A program made the position numbers and the translations under genes. The notes under the pieces are model-generated. The model did no database searches and was not told where the DNA came from. It saw only the letters and a program-made list of their open reading frames with translations. From a virus, in the IMG/VR virus record IMGVR_UViG_3300032331_003707, positions 36,346 to 100,345 of that record: a stretch of DNA of 64,000 nt. The stretch is one strand, 5' to 3'. The first letter of the stretch is position 1; each line of letters begins with the position of its first letter. This document shows, piece by piece, positions 26,371 to 37,000 of this stretch.

Positions 26371-27132
26371 ATGACTGTTACAAAAAAAGGAAAAAACTAT
26401 TTTACCCAAGATACTGAATTAGCAATATTAGAATATAATAATTGTGAGGATTTTTCACAACGAAGTCAAATTTACGATAAAAAAATCCACTATGCTTTTT
26501 TCAAACTAACCGAAAACATTATCCATACCTTTAAATTTTACTATACAGAGGTAAATAATCTTGAGGATTTACAACACGAGGTAATTACTTTTTTACTTTC
26601 TAAAATCCATCTCTACAACCAGGATAAAGGTAAGGCTTATTCATATTTTGGTACTATTGCTAAAAGATATCTTATTATATCTAATACCAAAAATTATAAA
26701 AGAAAAATAGATACTATTCCTTTAACCGAACTTGGAAATTCTCATTCGGATAATGATGACTTCACCAATCATAATAAAAAATCTATCCATGACGAACCTC
26801 AGGGGGAAATTACTATATTTGATGAAGAAAAAAACATATTACCTGAAAAAGATAATCTTTCTAGATTTATAGATTTATATGTAGAATATAGTTCTAAAAA
26901 TTTATATAAATTATTCCCCAAAGAATCAGATGCACGAATAGCAGATGCGGTATTAGAATTATTTAGAAAAAGAGATCATTTAACTATATTTAATAAAAAG
27001 GCTCTTTATATCTATATAAGAGAAATTATAGATGTAAAAACTCCAAAAATTACTAAAATAGCTCTTCAATTATATGATTTGTTTAAAGAAAAACACGCAT
27101 TTTATTTAGAAAACGGATATTTTGAGTCCTAA
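26371..27132 (+). CDS. Phage sigma factor, T4 gp55-like (late transcription)
   Basis: NYF, EDLQHE, Y...KGKAYSYFGTIAKRY sigma region-2-like motif. Confidence 0.75.
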   Translation: MTVTKKGKNYFTQDTELAILEYNNCEDFSQRSQIYDKKIHYAFFKLTENIIHTFKFYYTEVNNLEDLQHEVITFLLSKIHLYNQDKGKAYSYFGTIAKRYLIISNTKNYKRKIDTIPLTELGNSHSDNDDFTNHNKKSIHDEPQGEITIFDEEKNILPEKDNLSRFIDLYVEYSSKNLYKLFPKESDARIADAVLELFRKRDHLTIFNKKALYIYIREIIDVKTPKITKIALQLYDLFKEKHAFYLENGYFES

Positions 27133-27158
27133 TTCTTTCTATATTTATAAGAAAAAAT

Positions 27159-27500
27159 ATGGCTTCTTTAGATGAAATAATATTCGGTAAAAAAAGTTTT
27201 TCTAATCTTTTAGAAGAAATATACGATAACCAAAAGAAAAAAGAAAAACAAATCTCTGCTTTAATTAGTGAACTTAAGCCTCTTATAAGAGAAATAGGTG
27301 ATGCTACTTTAATTGTTCCTTTAATTAAGGAATATTTGGAAATAGGTGTTAAAAATGATGAGCAGTTAATTAAAATGGCTACAATCATTCAAAGAGCACT
27401 CCAAACCTCAACATCTACAGATAATTTTTCTATTACTGAAGAAGAAAAACAACAACTTCTTAATCAAATTGATCAATTAAAATCCGACGGAAATGGTTAA
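27159..27500 (+). CDS. Conserved helical phage protein
   Basis: PLIKEYLEIGVKNDEQL.K motif; ATATTTAT upstream. Confidence 0.65.
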   Translation: MASLDEIIFGKKSFSNLLEEIYDNQKKKEKQISALISELKPLIREIGDATLIVPLIKEYLEIGVKNDEQLIKMATIIQRALQTSTSTDNFSITEEEKQQLLNQIDQLKSDGNG

Positions 27501-28776
27501 TTTTGGTTTTATAAATAATCTAAGACTAGCAGCCCCTACTCCAAATGTAATGAGTAGTGTAGGAGGAACTGTTACTCCTGTTAGAGTAATAAACACCATG
27601 TTAACTGCTCAAGATATTAAAGATTATTATCAAGGAGATTTATATCTTTTACTTAATGAAGATGTAGTATTAGGAAGTATAATATTTGCTGATTTAAGAG
27701 CTCCTATAAAAGATGAAAATAAGGGAGGTTTAAACGTTGCAAGACCCTTATTCCCTTATACAAAAAATATTCCTTTAAAAAAAGAAATAGTATTAATAGT
27801 ATCTACTACTACTAATAATTTAGCAAATACTAACGAACAAACAGCCAATACTAATAAATTTGTTTATTATTATATATCTCCACTAAACATTTGGGGTAAT
27901 ATTAATCACAATGCACTCCCAGAGGAAATATACTTCCCTGAAACCCCAGATAGTTTAAATAAACCATACTCAGAAACTACAAGTGGAAATGCAAACTCAG
28001 TAAATGATAGTTTTCATGAAATTGAATTAGGTAATTTTTTTAAAGAACGAGGTAATGTTCAACCTCTCCAACCATATGAAGGAGATGTAATTTATGAAGG
28101 AAGATGGGGTAACTCTATCAGATTTGGAAGTACATCTATAGGAACTGATAGTCCTTGGTCTGAATTTCCTGAAAATGGAGATCCTATTACTATTTTAAGA
28201 AATGGGTTTTATGATAATAAAAAAGAACCATGGGATCCTATTGTAGAAGATATAAATCAAGATAAATCTAGTATCTATCTTACTTCTACTCAAAAGATTC
28301 CTATTGAAGTTTCTAATAAAAATTACAGTGCATACGCTCCTTCTACTGAACCTGATAATCCTAAAGATTATACTAAAGATCAAGTAATAATAACTTCTAA
28401 TAGAATCTTAATAAATAGTAAAGATGACCATACATTATTAAGTGGGGCAAAGTCTATAGGTTTAAATTCTAAAGGAAGTATAAATTTATACGCTGATACA
28501 AATTTTATAGTAAAAACTAAAGGAAAAATCCTCCTTGGAGACCCAGATGAAACTAAAACCCAATCATTATTGTTAGGTGATAAAACTGTAGATCTATTAT
28601 CTAATCTTTTAATAGATTTACAAACCATAGCTAATCAATTATCTTCACTAACAAGTCTTCCTCCTGGGGCTCCTTTTATACCTTTAAATACTGCAGCTAT
28701 AAGTTTTAATTTAAAATTACAAAATTATCAATCGCAACTTTCATCTTTATTATCAAAAGTTAGCAAAACTAAATAA
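27493..28776 (+). CDS. Baseplate hub/spike protein (gp5/gpV-like)
   Basis: P...E.V.I OB-like segment, PYEGD...EGRWGNSIRF, beta-repeat region, LLGD..V..L tail; position before gp25. Confidence 0.6.
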   Translation: MVNFGFINNLRLAAPTPNVMSSVGGTVTPVRVINTMLTAQDIKDYYQGDLYLLLNEDVVLGSIIFADLRAPIKDENKGGLNVARPLFPYTKNIPLKKEIVLIVSTTTNNLANTNEQTANTNKFVYYYISPLNIWGNINHNALPEEIYFPETPDSLNKPYSETTSGNANSVNDSFHEIELGNFFKERGNVQPLQPYEGDVIYEGRWGNSIRFGSTSIGTDSPWSEFPENGDPITILRNGFYDNKKEPWDPIVEDINQDKSSIYLTSTQKIPIEVSNKNYSAYAPSTEPDNPKDYTKDQVIITSNRILINSKDDHTLLSGAKSIGLNSKGSINLYADTNFIVKTKGKILLGDPDETKTQSLLLGDKTVDLLSNLLIDLQTIANQLSSLTSLPPGAPFIPLNTAAISFNLKLQNYQSQLSSLLSKVSKTK

Positions 28777-28779
28777 TAT

Positions 28780-29820
28780 ATGGCCGAAAATGATGCATTA
28801 AAGAAAGCTGCAGAAGCTGCCCTAAAAGCACAAGAAAAAGCTTTAAAAGCAGCTGAAAAAGCAGCTGAAATAAAAGCTGCTTCTGAAAAAGCAGCAGCAT
28901 TGATAGCATTAGCTATTAAAGCGGCTGAGACTGTTAAACTTCTTAAAGCACAAAGACAAAAACGCAAAGCAGAAGGAACAAAACCATCACTCCCCCCAGG
29001 ATTAGGAGGATTAGTTATATCTATAGTTAAACAAATAATTGTAAATTTAAATCTTCAAGAAAAAGCTATTCAAAAAATAATTGAAGAATTACAAGATAGT
29101 TGCCCATCATCAGAAAAACTTCAAGAACTAATAGATTTTAAAAATAAGGTTAAAGATGCTCTTACTAAGGTTAATGATACTATTTCCTCAGTAAAACAAG
29201 TTGGAACTACATTAGATACTATTTTAACAGTATTAGATACTATAGTAACAGTTTTACGGAATCTTCCACTTCCAACTGCTGTCCCTCCTGGGGTTGGTAT
29301 TCCATTAAATGTAGTTAATAAATTTAGAGATAGCATAGATGTAGCAGATAAATTTATAGACCAAGGAAAAGCAATTACTGATGGAATAGTAGGAGCAATT
29401 GGAGGAATACAAGGAATCGTCCAAGGTTTAATTGAAAATTTAGATCTTTTAGATCAAGCAATTGCATTTTGTGCTTCCAAAATAGCCCTAGAACAATCAA
29501 CCACCTCCGAAGAAGCCCAAGAAATAATGAGTGAATTTTTAAGTAATATTAAATCTCTTAATGCTACCCCCCAATCTTCAGATACTAGCAACACAGACAC
29601 TCCTTTAGAAGAAATTACTTTCCCTGTAATATATAGAGAGTTTTCTATTATTATAGAAAATGCTCCTTTAACAGATGTATTACAAAATATTCCTCGAAGA
29701 AGAGCAATAGCTACTCAAATATCTACAAACGTTAAAATTGAAGGAGATTACTCATTTAGTTCAAGCGCACAAGTATTAGTAGATACTATGAAATTTGCTA
29801 TTGATAATTATTTAGGATAA
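28780..29820 (+). CDS. Putative virion protein (Ala/Lys-rich N-terminus, helical)
   Basis: In baseplate cluster; PLPTAVPPGVGIP. Confidence 0.55.
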   Translation: MAENDALKKAAEAALKAQEKALKAAEKAAEIKAASEKAAALIALAIKAAETVKLLKAQRQKRKAEGTKPSLPPGLGGLVISIVKQIIVNLNLQEKAIQKIIEELQDSCPSSEKLQELIDFKNKVKDALTKVNDTISSVKQVGTTLDTILTVLDTIVTVLRNLPLPTAVPPGVGIPLNVVNKFRDSIDVADKFIDQGKAITDGIVGAIGGIQGIVQGLIENLDLLDQAIAFCASKIALEQSTTSEEAQEIMSEFLSNIKSLNATPQSSDTSNTDTPLEEITFPVIYREFSIIIENAPLTDVLQNIPRRRAIATQISTNVKIEGDYSFSSSAQVLVDTMKFAIDNYLG

Positions 29821-29857
29821 TATATTAAAAACATAATTAACAAATATTTATAATCAT

Positions 29858-30205
29858 ATGAAAATCGACGGTTTAAAAAAATTAATTAAAGAAGCAGTAC
29901 GTGAAGCAATCCAAGATGAATTAAAAGATATTTTACTTGAAGCAGTACGTGCTCCTAAAACAGTAGTAAAGGAAGCATATACTCCATCCTATGGAACTAC
30001 AACCCCTGAGCCTTCACCATCAATAAATCATACTTTTAAACGCAATTTAAGAGATATGGTTAGTGGAGAATTTGGAACAATCTCAGCTACATCAGCCAAC
30101 GCTCAACCTGCCTACACCCCACCTCCAATAAATACAGTAGCTGAGGGTACTAGCCTACCATCAGGTGAAGTAAGCTTAAACCAAATAATGGGATTAATGA
30201 AATAA
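29858..30205 (+). CDS. Hypothetical virion-associated protein
   Basis: LKKLIKEAVRE leader; ATATTTAT upstream. Confidence 0.6.
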   Translation: MKIDGLKKLIKEAVREAIQDELKDILLEAVRAPKTVVKEAYTPSYGTTTPEPSPSINHTFKRNLRDMVSGEFGTISATSANAQPAYTPPPINTVAEGTSLPSGEVSLNQIMGLMK

Positions 30206-30606
30206 TGGCAATAATTATTCAAAATAAATTTGCGCTTGATTCTTTAGGATATAAAACTATAGGATTTTCATTTCCTTTAAATGCAGGAGCAGTATTTCCT
30301 CCTACTTATACAGTCCAAGATCAAATTAAATATAACCTTATTAATTATTTAATGACTAATAGTGGGGAATCATATTTGGTTCCAAATTTTGGAGCAGGGT
30401 TACAAGATTTTGTTTTTGAACAAATTACTACTGAAAATTTTGCTTTATTAGAAACTATTATAAAGGAAAAAATTCAATTCGCTTTTCCTCAAGTTCAAGT
30501 TAAAAAAATTGAAGTTTTAGGAAACGCAGATAATAATCAAGTACGAATAGTAATTACATATAATATAATTAATTTTGGTAATGACCAAATAACTTTACAA
30601 TTTTAA
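30205..30606 (+). CDS. Baseplate wedge subunit, gp25-like
   Basis: QIK.NL.N.L.T..GE....P.FG..L..FE. Confidence 0.85.
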   Translation: MAIIIQNKFALDSLGYKTIGFSFPLNAGAVFPPTYTVQDQIKYNLINYLMTNSGESYLVPNFGAGLQDFVFEQITTENFALLETIIKEKIQFAFPQVQVKKIEVLGNADNNQVRIVITYNIINFGNDQITLQF

Positions 30607-30611
30607 AAATA

Positions 30612-32477
30612 ATGGCATCTAGTAACCCCCAAATAAATTATTACGCTAGAGATTTTGAATCTTTACGTAGTACCTTAATTAATTATACTAAAACATATTT
30701 TCCTGACACATATAATGACTTTAGCCCTGCTTCCACAGGAATGATGTTTATGAATATGGCAGCGTATGTTGGGGATATACTTTCATTTTATTTAGATAAT
30801 CAAATCCAAGAAACTTTTATACAATATGCTAAGCAAGAAGAAAACATATTTGCCCTAGCATATCTACTTGGTTATAAACCTGCAATTTCTTCCCCAGCTG
30901 TTACCACTATTGATTTTTATCAACAATTACCAGCAGTACTTTCAGGAAGTGTAGCTATACCTGATTTTTCATATGCTCTTACTATCCCTGTATCTACCCA
31001 AATTTCTAATAATTTTGGTCTCCAAACTAGTTTTCTTTTAAATGGCCCTGTAGATTTTTCTTTTAGTAGTTCCTTAGACCCAACTGAAATATCAGTATAC
31101 CAGGTATCCAATGGAGTTCCTACTTATTTTCTAGCTAAAAAATCAGTTGTAGCAACTGAAGGGACTTTAAAAACTAAGCAATTTTCATTTGGTGTTGCAC
31201 AAGAATTTCCTACTATATTAATTCAAGATAATGATATAGTATATATCTCTAATTGTTTTGATTCAAATGGAAATACTTGGTATGAAGTAGATAATCTAGC
31301 CCAAGATTTTATATATGATGATGTTTCTAACACTCCATATAATGATCCTAATACCTCTACCTCAGATGTGTTTGCTACTCCTAATTTACTCCAATTAAAG
31401 AAAATTGAACGTAAATTTGCAACTCGATTCATAAATTCTAATAATTTAGAAATTCAATTTGGTAATGGTGGTGTAACTAATACTACTGAAAACATCATAC
31501 CAAACCCAGATAATGTTGGGTTAGGATTACCTATAGGAAGAAGTAAACTTACTACTGCTTTTTCTCCTACCAATTTTATCTTCTCTAACACATATGGTAT
31601 AGCACCCTCTAATACCGTTTTAACTTTTAGTTATTTAACCTCAAACGGAACCACAGGTAACCTACCAGCTAATACTCTTGTTCAATTTAACAAAAATATA
31701 TTAAAGTTTAAAACCACTGGTTTAGATCCTTCTATTTCAAATATAGTAATTAATTCTGTTACATGTACTAATCCTCAAGCTGCTTCTGGAGGAGGAAATG
31801 GTGATACTTTAGACCAAATAAAGCAAAATGCCCTTGGTTCATTTCAATCTCAATTAAGAGCAGTTACTCCTAATGATTATTTAATTCGTGCTTATAGTTT
31901 ACCTTCAAACTTAGGAACAGTAGCTAAAGCATATGTTACCCCCGAAAAATTATCTAATATCCAATCTGGGGAAACTCCATCAATTTTAGATCTATATATT
32001 TTAAGTCAAAATATTGATGGAAGTTATTCTACTGCTAATAACAGTTTAAAACAAAACTTAAAAACATACCTGTCCCAATATAGAAGTATTACTGATACTG
32101 TTAAAATTAAAGATGCTTTTATAATTAATATAGGAGTAGAATTTGAAATAGTTATTCGTCCTAATAGTGTTGGAGATATGGTATTATCAATGTGTATTGA
32201 TAGTATTAATAAATTTTTTGATAGAGGTAAATGGCAAATTAACCAACCTATATTACTAGATGATTTATATAGTTCTCTTGATTTAGTAGAAGGAATTCAA
32301 ACTGTTAAAAATATTAAAATTACCAACCTTACTTCTTCTAATGGAAATTACAGTACATATGCTTATGATGTTATAGGAGCTACTGTTAATAACATAGTTT
32401 ACCCCTCAGTTGACCCAATGATATTTGAACTAAAATCTCCAACAACAGATATTAAAGGAAAAATAGTACCATTCTAA
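30612..32477 (+). CDS. Baseplate wedge subunit, gp6-like
   Basis: RDF..LR..L..Y, YVGD.LSFYLD, A..LGYKP, FG.G, GG...TLD.IK, RAVT..DY. Confidence 0.88.
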   Translation: MASSNPQINYYARDFESLRSTLINYTKTYFPDTYNDFSPASTGMMFMNMAAYVGDILSFYLDNQIQETFIQYAKQEENIFALAYLLGYKPAISSPAVTTIDFYQQLPAVLSGSVAIPDFSYALTIPVSTQISNNFGLQTSFLLNGPVDFSFSSSLDPTEISVYQVSNGVPTYFLAKKSVVATEGTLKTKQFSFGVAQEFPTILIQDNDIVYISNCFDSNGNTWYEVDNLAQDFIYDDVSNTPYNDPNTSTSDVFATPNLLQLKKIERKFATRFINSNNLEIQFGNGGVTNTTENIIPNPDNVGLGLPIGRSKLTTAFSPTNFIFSNTYGIAPSNTVLTFSYLTSNGTTGNLPANTLVQFNKNILKFKTTGLDPSISNIVINSVTCTNPQAASGGGNGDTLDQIKQNALGSFQSQLRAVTPNDYLIRAYSLPSNLGTVAKAYVTPEKLSNIQSGETPSILDLYILSQNIDGSYSTANNSLKQNLKTYLSQYRSITDTVKIKDAFIINIGVEFEIVIRPNSVGDMVLSMCIDSINKFFDRGKWQINQPILLDDLYSSLDLVEGIQTVKNIKITNLTSSNGNYSTYAYDVIGATVNNIVYPSVDPMIFELKSPTTDIKGKIVPF

Positions 32478-32489
32478 ACTTACTAACAC

Positions 32490-33620
32490 ATGGCTGTATT
32501 TAAAATATTCCCAACCAAAGACACCACTATATACTCAGCATATCCTAACCTAAACTCAGGATTAGATGAAATTATAGAAACTTCTACAACTTCTGTAGGA
32601 GAATATGGTCCTAATCCTCAAGCTGCTAGAACTTTAATCCAATATTCTTCTACTGAAATAAATGATATTATTAGTAATAAGATAAGTGGTAGTAATTTTA
32701 ATATTTACCTAAATTTATACCACGCCCAAATCTCAGGATTATATGGAGACTCTTCTATAGAAGCCTATCCTATATATGGTACCTGGAATATGGGAACTGG
32801 AAAGTATAGAGACACCCCCGTAATTACTAATGGAGCTAGTTGGACATGGGCTGATTATTTAGGATCTACTCAATGGATAACAAGTAGTTTCCCACCATAT
32901 GTTACAGCATCCTTCTCAGGTTCTATCCCTAATGGAGGAGGAACATGGTATACTGGTTCATCTAATGGATTAATTACAGTTAGAACCCAATCTTTCTCAT
33001 ATTACTCAGACTTAGATTTAAGTATAGATGTTAGCAATATTGTAACAGCATGGTATAGTGGAAGTATTCCTAATAATGGATTTATACTAAAACAACCTTC
33101 TTCAAAAGAATTTATAAATAATCAAGTTATCCAAACTGAATTAAAATATTTTTCTACTGATACTCATACTATATACCCACCAAATTTAGAATTTAGATGG
33201 AGAGATTATACTTTTAATACTGGATCTTCTGAGACTACTATCATCAATACAGACCAACTTGCTATAAGTAACCCAAATAATTTAGGAGTATTTTATAGTG
33301 GAAGTATTCAACGTTTTAGACTTAATGTAAGACCACAATATCCTACTAGAGTATTCCAAACATCTTCATTTTACACCACTAATTATTATCTACCTACAGC
33401 ATCATATTACGCTATTAAAGATCTACAGACTAATGAATATATAATAGATTTTGATAATAATTACACCCAAATTAGTGCTGATAATCAAACTAGTTATTTT
33501 GATATTTATATGAGTGGATTGCAACCTGAAAGGCATTATACTGTCTTAATTAAAACCACAGTAGGAGGATCTACTATTATTTACGATCAAAATATAAACT
33601 TTAAAGTAGTGAATGGGTAA
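32490..33620 (+). CDS. Virion structural protein
   Basis: P.KDTTIYS, N.G.DEI.E, N.GFILK, TIYPP.LE; S/T/G-rich. Confidence 0.65.
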   Translation: MAVFKIFPTKDTTIYSAYPNLNSGLDEIIETSTTSVGEYGPNPQAARTLIQYSSTEINDIISNKISGSNFNIYLNLYHAQISGLYGDSSIEAYPIYGTWNMGTGKYRDTPVITNGASWTWADYLGSTQWITSSFPPYVTASFSGSIPNGGGTWYTGSSNGLITVRTQSFSYYSDLDLSIDVSNIVTAWYSGSIPNNGFILKQPSSKEFINNQVIQTELKYFSTDTHTIYPPNLEFRWRDYTFNTGSSETTIINTDQLAISNPNNLGVFYSGSIQRFRLNVRPQYPTRVFQTSSFYTTNYYLPTASYYAIKDLQTNEYIIDFDNNYTQISADNQTSYFDIYMSGLQPERHYTVLIKTTVGGSTIIYDQNINFKVVNG

Positions 33621-34012
33621 TGGAAAAAGTTACAATAAATAGACAAGTATTTGATAAATCTCAATTTGACAAAACTATCAATACTAATTTTACTCAACTT
33701 ACTAGCTCCCTTCCCCCAATAAATTCTACACCAACAGTAGATGGAACTGTAGATGGTTTTTTTTCATTATATGACTCATTATTTTTTGACATACCTAAAT
33801 TTGGCGATCTCAATTCCCACCAGTATCTTGCAACTACTAGTGGAGCATATATTGGAGGAGAACAAATAAATGAAAGTGTTCAACTTTTATTAGATGAAAT
33901 AGCAGCCCTAAGAATATCTCTTCTTGGTGCTAATAAAAAAATTGCTGAGCTTGAAGTCCAAGCCGGAATTAACCAAGCAGGAATTGATCCAAATCTATTC
34001 CCACTATCATAA
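33620..34012 (+). CDS. Virion-associated hypothetical protein
   Basis: Operonic; FF..Y..LFFDIP. Confidence 0.6.
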   Translation: MEKVTINRQVFDKSQFDKTINTNFTQLTSSLPPINSTPTVDGTVDGFFSLYDSLFFDIPKFGDLNSHQYLATTSGAYIGGEQINESVQLLLDEIAALRISLLGANKKIAELEVQAGINQAGIDPNLFPLS

Positions 34013-34036
34013 AATAATAGACAAACTATTTAACCA

Positions 34037-37000
34037 ATGACCTCATACCCTTCAGCATCTATAGAAATTTTAGATCCTAAAACACTAGAAGTTCCAACAT
34101 TTAGTGATAAGGATTTTGCTATTATTCCTAATTTTATTTTTACTGGATCTTTTGATCCTACTCAAGACAGAGTTGAATTTTTTGTATATTCTGAGAATAA
34201 TGTTTTATTATATTCGGATGGAGATTTTAATGCATGGACTAATACTCTTGATCCTCTTCTAGCATCTCAAGGAATTAGTACTCTAAACCTAGACCCAGTA
34301 CAAGCAGTTTCTGATTTAGGAATAACCGAAGGAAAAATAAAAACCCTATTTAACTTTATCTCAGATGAACTTGGATCTTCAGTAGATAATCCTTTCTTTA
34401 TAAAAGAAATTTCAGGAGATAGAACCGAATTACGACTTCAAACTAATTTTACTTCTAATGCTGATTTAGAAGTATTATTTACTGAGTTTAAATCAAGAAT
34501 TTCTTCCCAAGTATATTTTGATGAATTTTATTTAAATTTTGGTGATAATAATTTACTTATAGGGATTAATATCTTATTAGATACTACTGGTGGTAATGTT
34601 AGTTTTTTTGTTAAACTTTATGAACCACTTCCTGATAATATTTTACTTCAAGATATAGTTTGGATATCAACTAAAGTTGGAGAATCTACATCTTATCTAA
34701 TTTCTTTTCCTGAAACTTCATTAGTAGTAGATAATTTAATATATTTAGGAGGCCCAAATATAAACATAGATGTAAATAAGAGTGTTGGAATTTCAACAGC
34801 TTTTAAAACATATTCTACATTAATTTCATCATCTCTTACTAGTTCTTATAATCAATTACAAAATATCCTTCAACAAAAAGGAATTCAAATAACTCCTGAT
34901 TATACTAATTTTGAAAGTTTTGTATTTTTTTCAAATGCTAGCCAACGTTTAGTTAATTTTTATACTAAAGTATCTAATATTGAATCATACCAAAATGATT
35001 TATCTATTATTAATTCTATTACCGGATCAACTTCACAATCATATTCTGTATCTGCTAGTAGAGTAACTATAGAACAAAATATTACTAACATTATATCAAA
35101 CTTTGATGGATATGAAAACTACCTCTATTTCCAATCAGGTTCGTATACTTGGCCTAAATCAAATTCCACCTACCCATATGCTTTATACTCTACAGGTAGT
35201 TCTCAAGTTTTAACATGGTTAGGAAGTTCAGATGAAACCTCAGCCTATTATGGAGGTCAACTTTATTCATCTTCGATATATGATAATTTAAATCAAAATA
35301 ATTTATTCTATTCTATTCCTGCATATTTAAGAAATGATCCAAATAACACTCAATATTTTTTATTTATAGAAATGATGGGACAGTTTTTTGATAATATATG
35401 GATCTATACAGATGCTATAACAGATAAACTTAAGGCTGATAATAGAATTAATGATGGTGTATCTAAAGATTTAGTAGCAACTGTACTTGAATCTTTAGGA
35501 CAAAAGTTATACACAAACCAATTTAATTCTAATGATATATATTCATCCTTAATAGGAGTAGATCCTCAAGGAAACTTATCACCCTTCCCTAATACTACAG
35601 GAACTTATCCTGTTACCGGATCAGGTTTAGAATATATTCAAAATTTTGTTTCTGCTTCATCATTACAATCTTTAATTCCTCTTACTGAGGCTAATCAACG
35701 TTTATATAAACGAATATATCATATTTTACCATATTTGGTAAAGAAAAAAGGTACATTAGAAGCATTAAAACTTATTAGAAATGCATATGGTATTCCAAGT
35801 ACTATTCTAAGATTTAATGAATTTGGAGGAAAAAATGGATATACTAGCCGTTATGACTATTTTAATGATAAATATAATCTTGCATTTGATAACCAAGCAA
35901 GTGCATCTATTATAGTCCCTTGGGAAAGTTTAAATACATCCTTTACCTCACCTGATGCTGGCACAAATATTCCCACAAGTATTCAATTCAGATTTAAAAC
36001 CCCAGGTATCCCATCTGGAAGTATATCTCAATCATTATTTATAAAAACATCTACCAATAATTCCTCAGCTACTCCTATTACGTCAAGCTGGGATATGGGA
36101 TTATTTTTATTTTATACAGGATCAGGTACAACATCTGGATCATACTCAGGCTCAGTAGCAGATCCATATAATCAATATGGTACCTTAAGATTTTATCTCT
36201 CAGGAAGTGCTGCTCAAACAAGTAATAACGGATATTACCAATCATCTGGTATTTATTTACCTTTTTTTGATGGTGGATGGTGGAATATTATGCTACAACG
36301 TTCCCCATATAATGCTGCTGCTGCTAATACAGTAACATATAATATATATGCTGCTAATAAAATATATGATGAAAATGAAGGATATCAATTAGGATTTATA
36401 GGATCAGCTTCTTTTACTATCGCAGCAGCATCCTCTTCTATAAATAATAGTTGGATTAAATCTACTACTTCTTCAAACACTGCTTACCCTGCAGGTATAT
36501 ATTTTGGTGGATCAATTTCAGGATCTAAAACTTTAACTACAACTCTTACTACACCTGGATTATTTACAGGTTCATTTCAAGAAATTAGATATTTTAGTGC
36601 TACTTTACCTACAACATCATTTTATGACTATGTAATGAACCCTCAATCTATAACTGGATTGATCCCAAGTGGAGCCAATTATATAGATGGAAGTGGTAAC
36701 TTAATTGGTTCAAGTTATGGGTTATTAGCATTTAGAGCCCCCTTAGGAAGTGAATTAGAAACTATATTTACTGCTTCTTCTGCTACTTCTATTAACACTG
36801 CCTCATACAGTAGTTACCATCCTGCTATATCAGGTTCTAATCCTACATCTTCATTTAATTCTTTAAGTTCTTCTTATAAAGTATTATATTACCCTATTTC
36901 AAGTAGCCTTACTAGTTCATTTTCAACTAATAACTATGAAACATACTATTATGCTGCTCCTATAATAGGAACTAAAAATAAAACCTCAGATAATATCCAG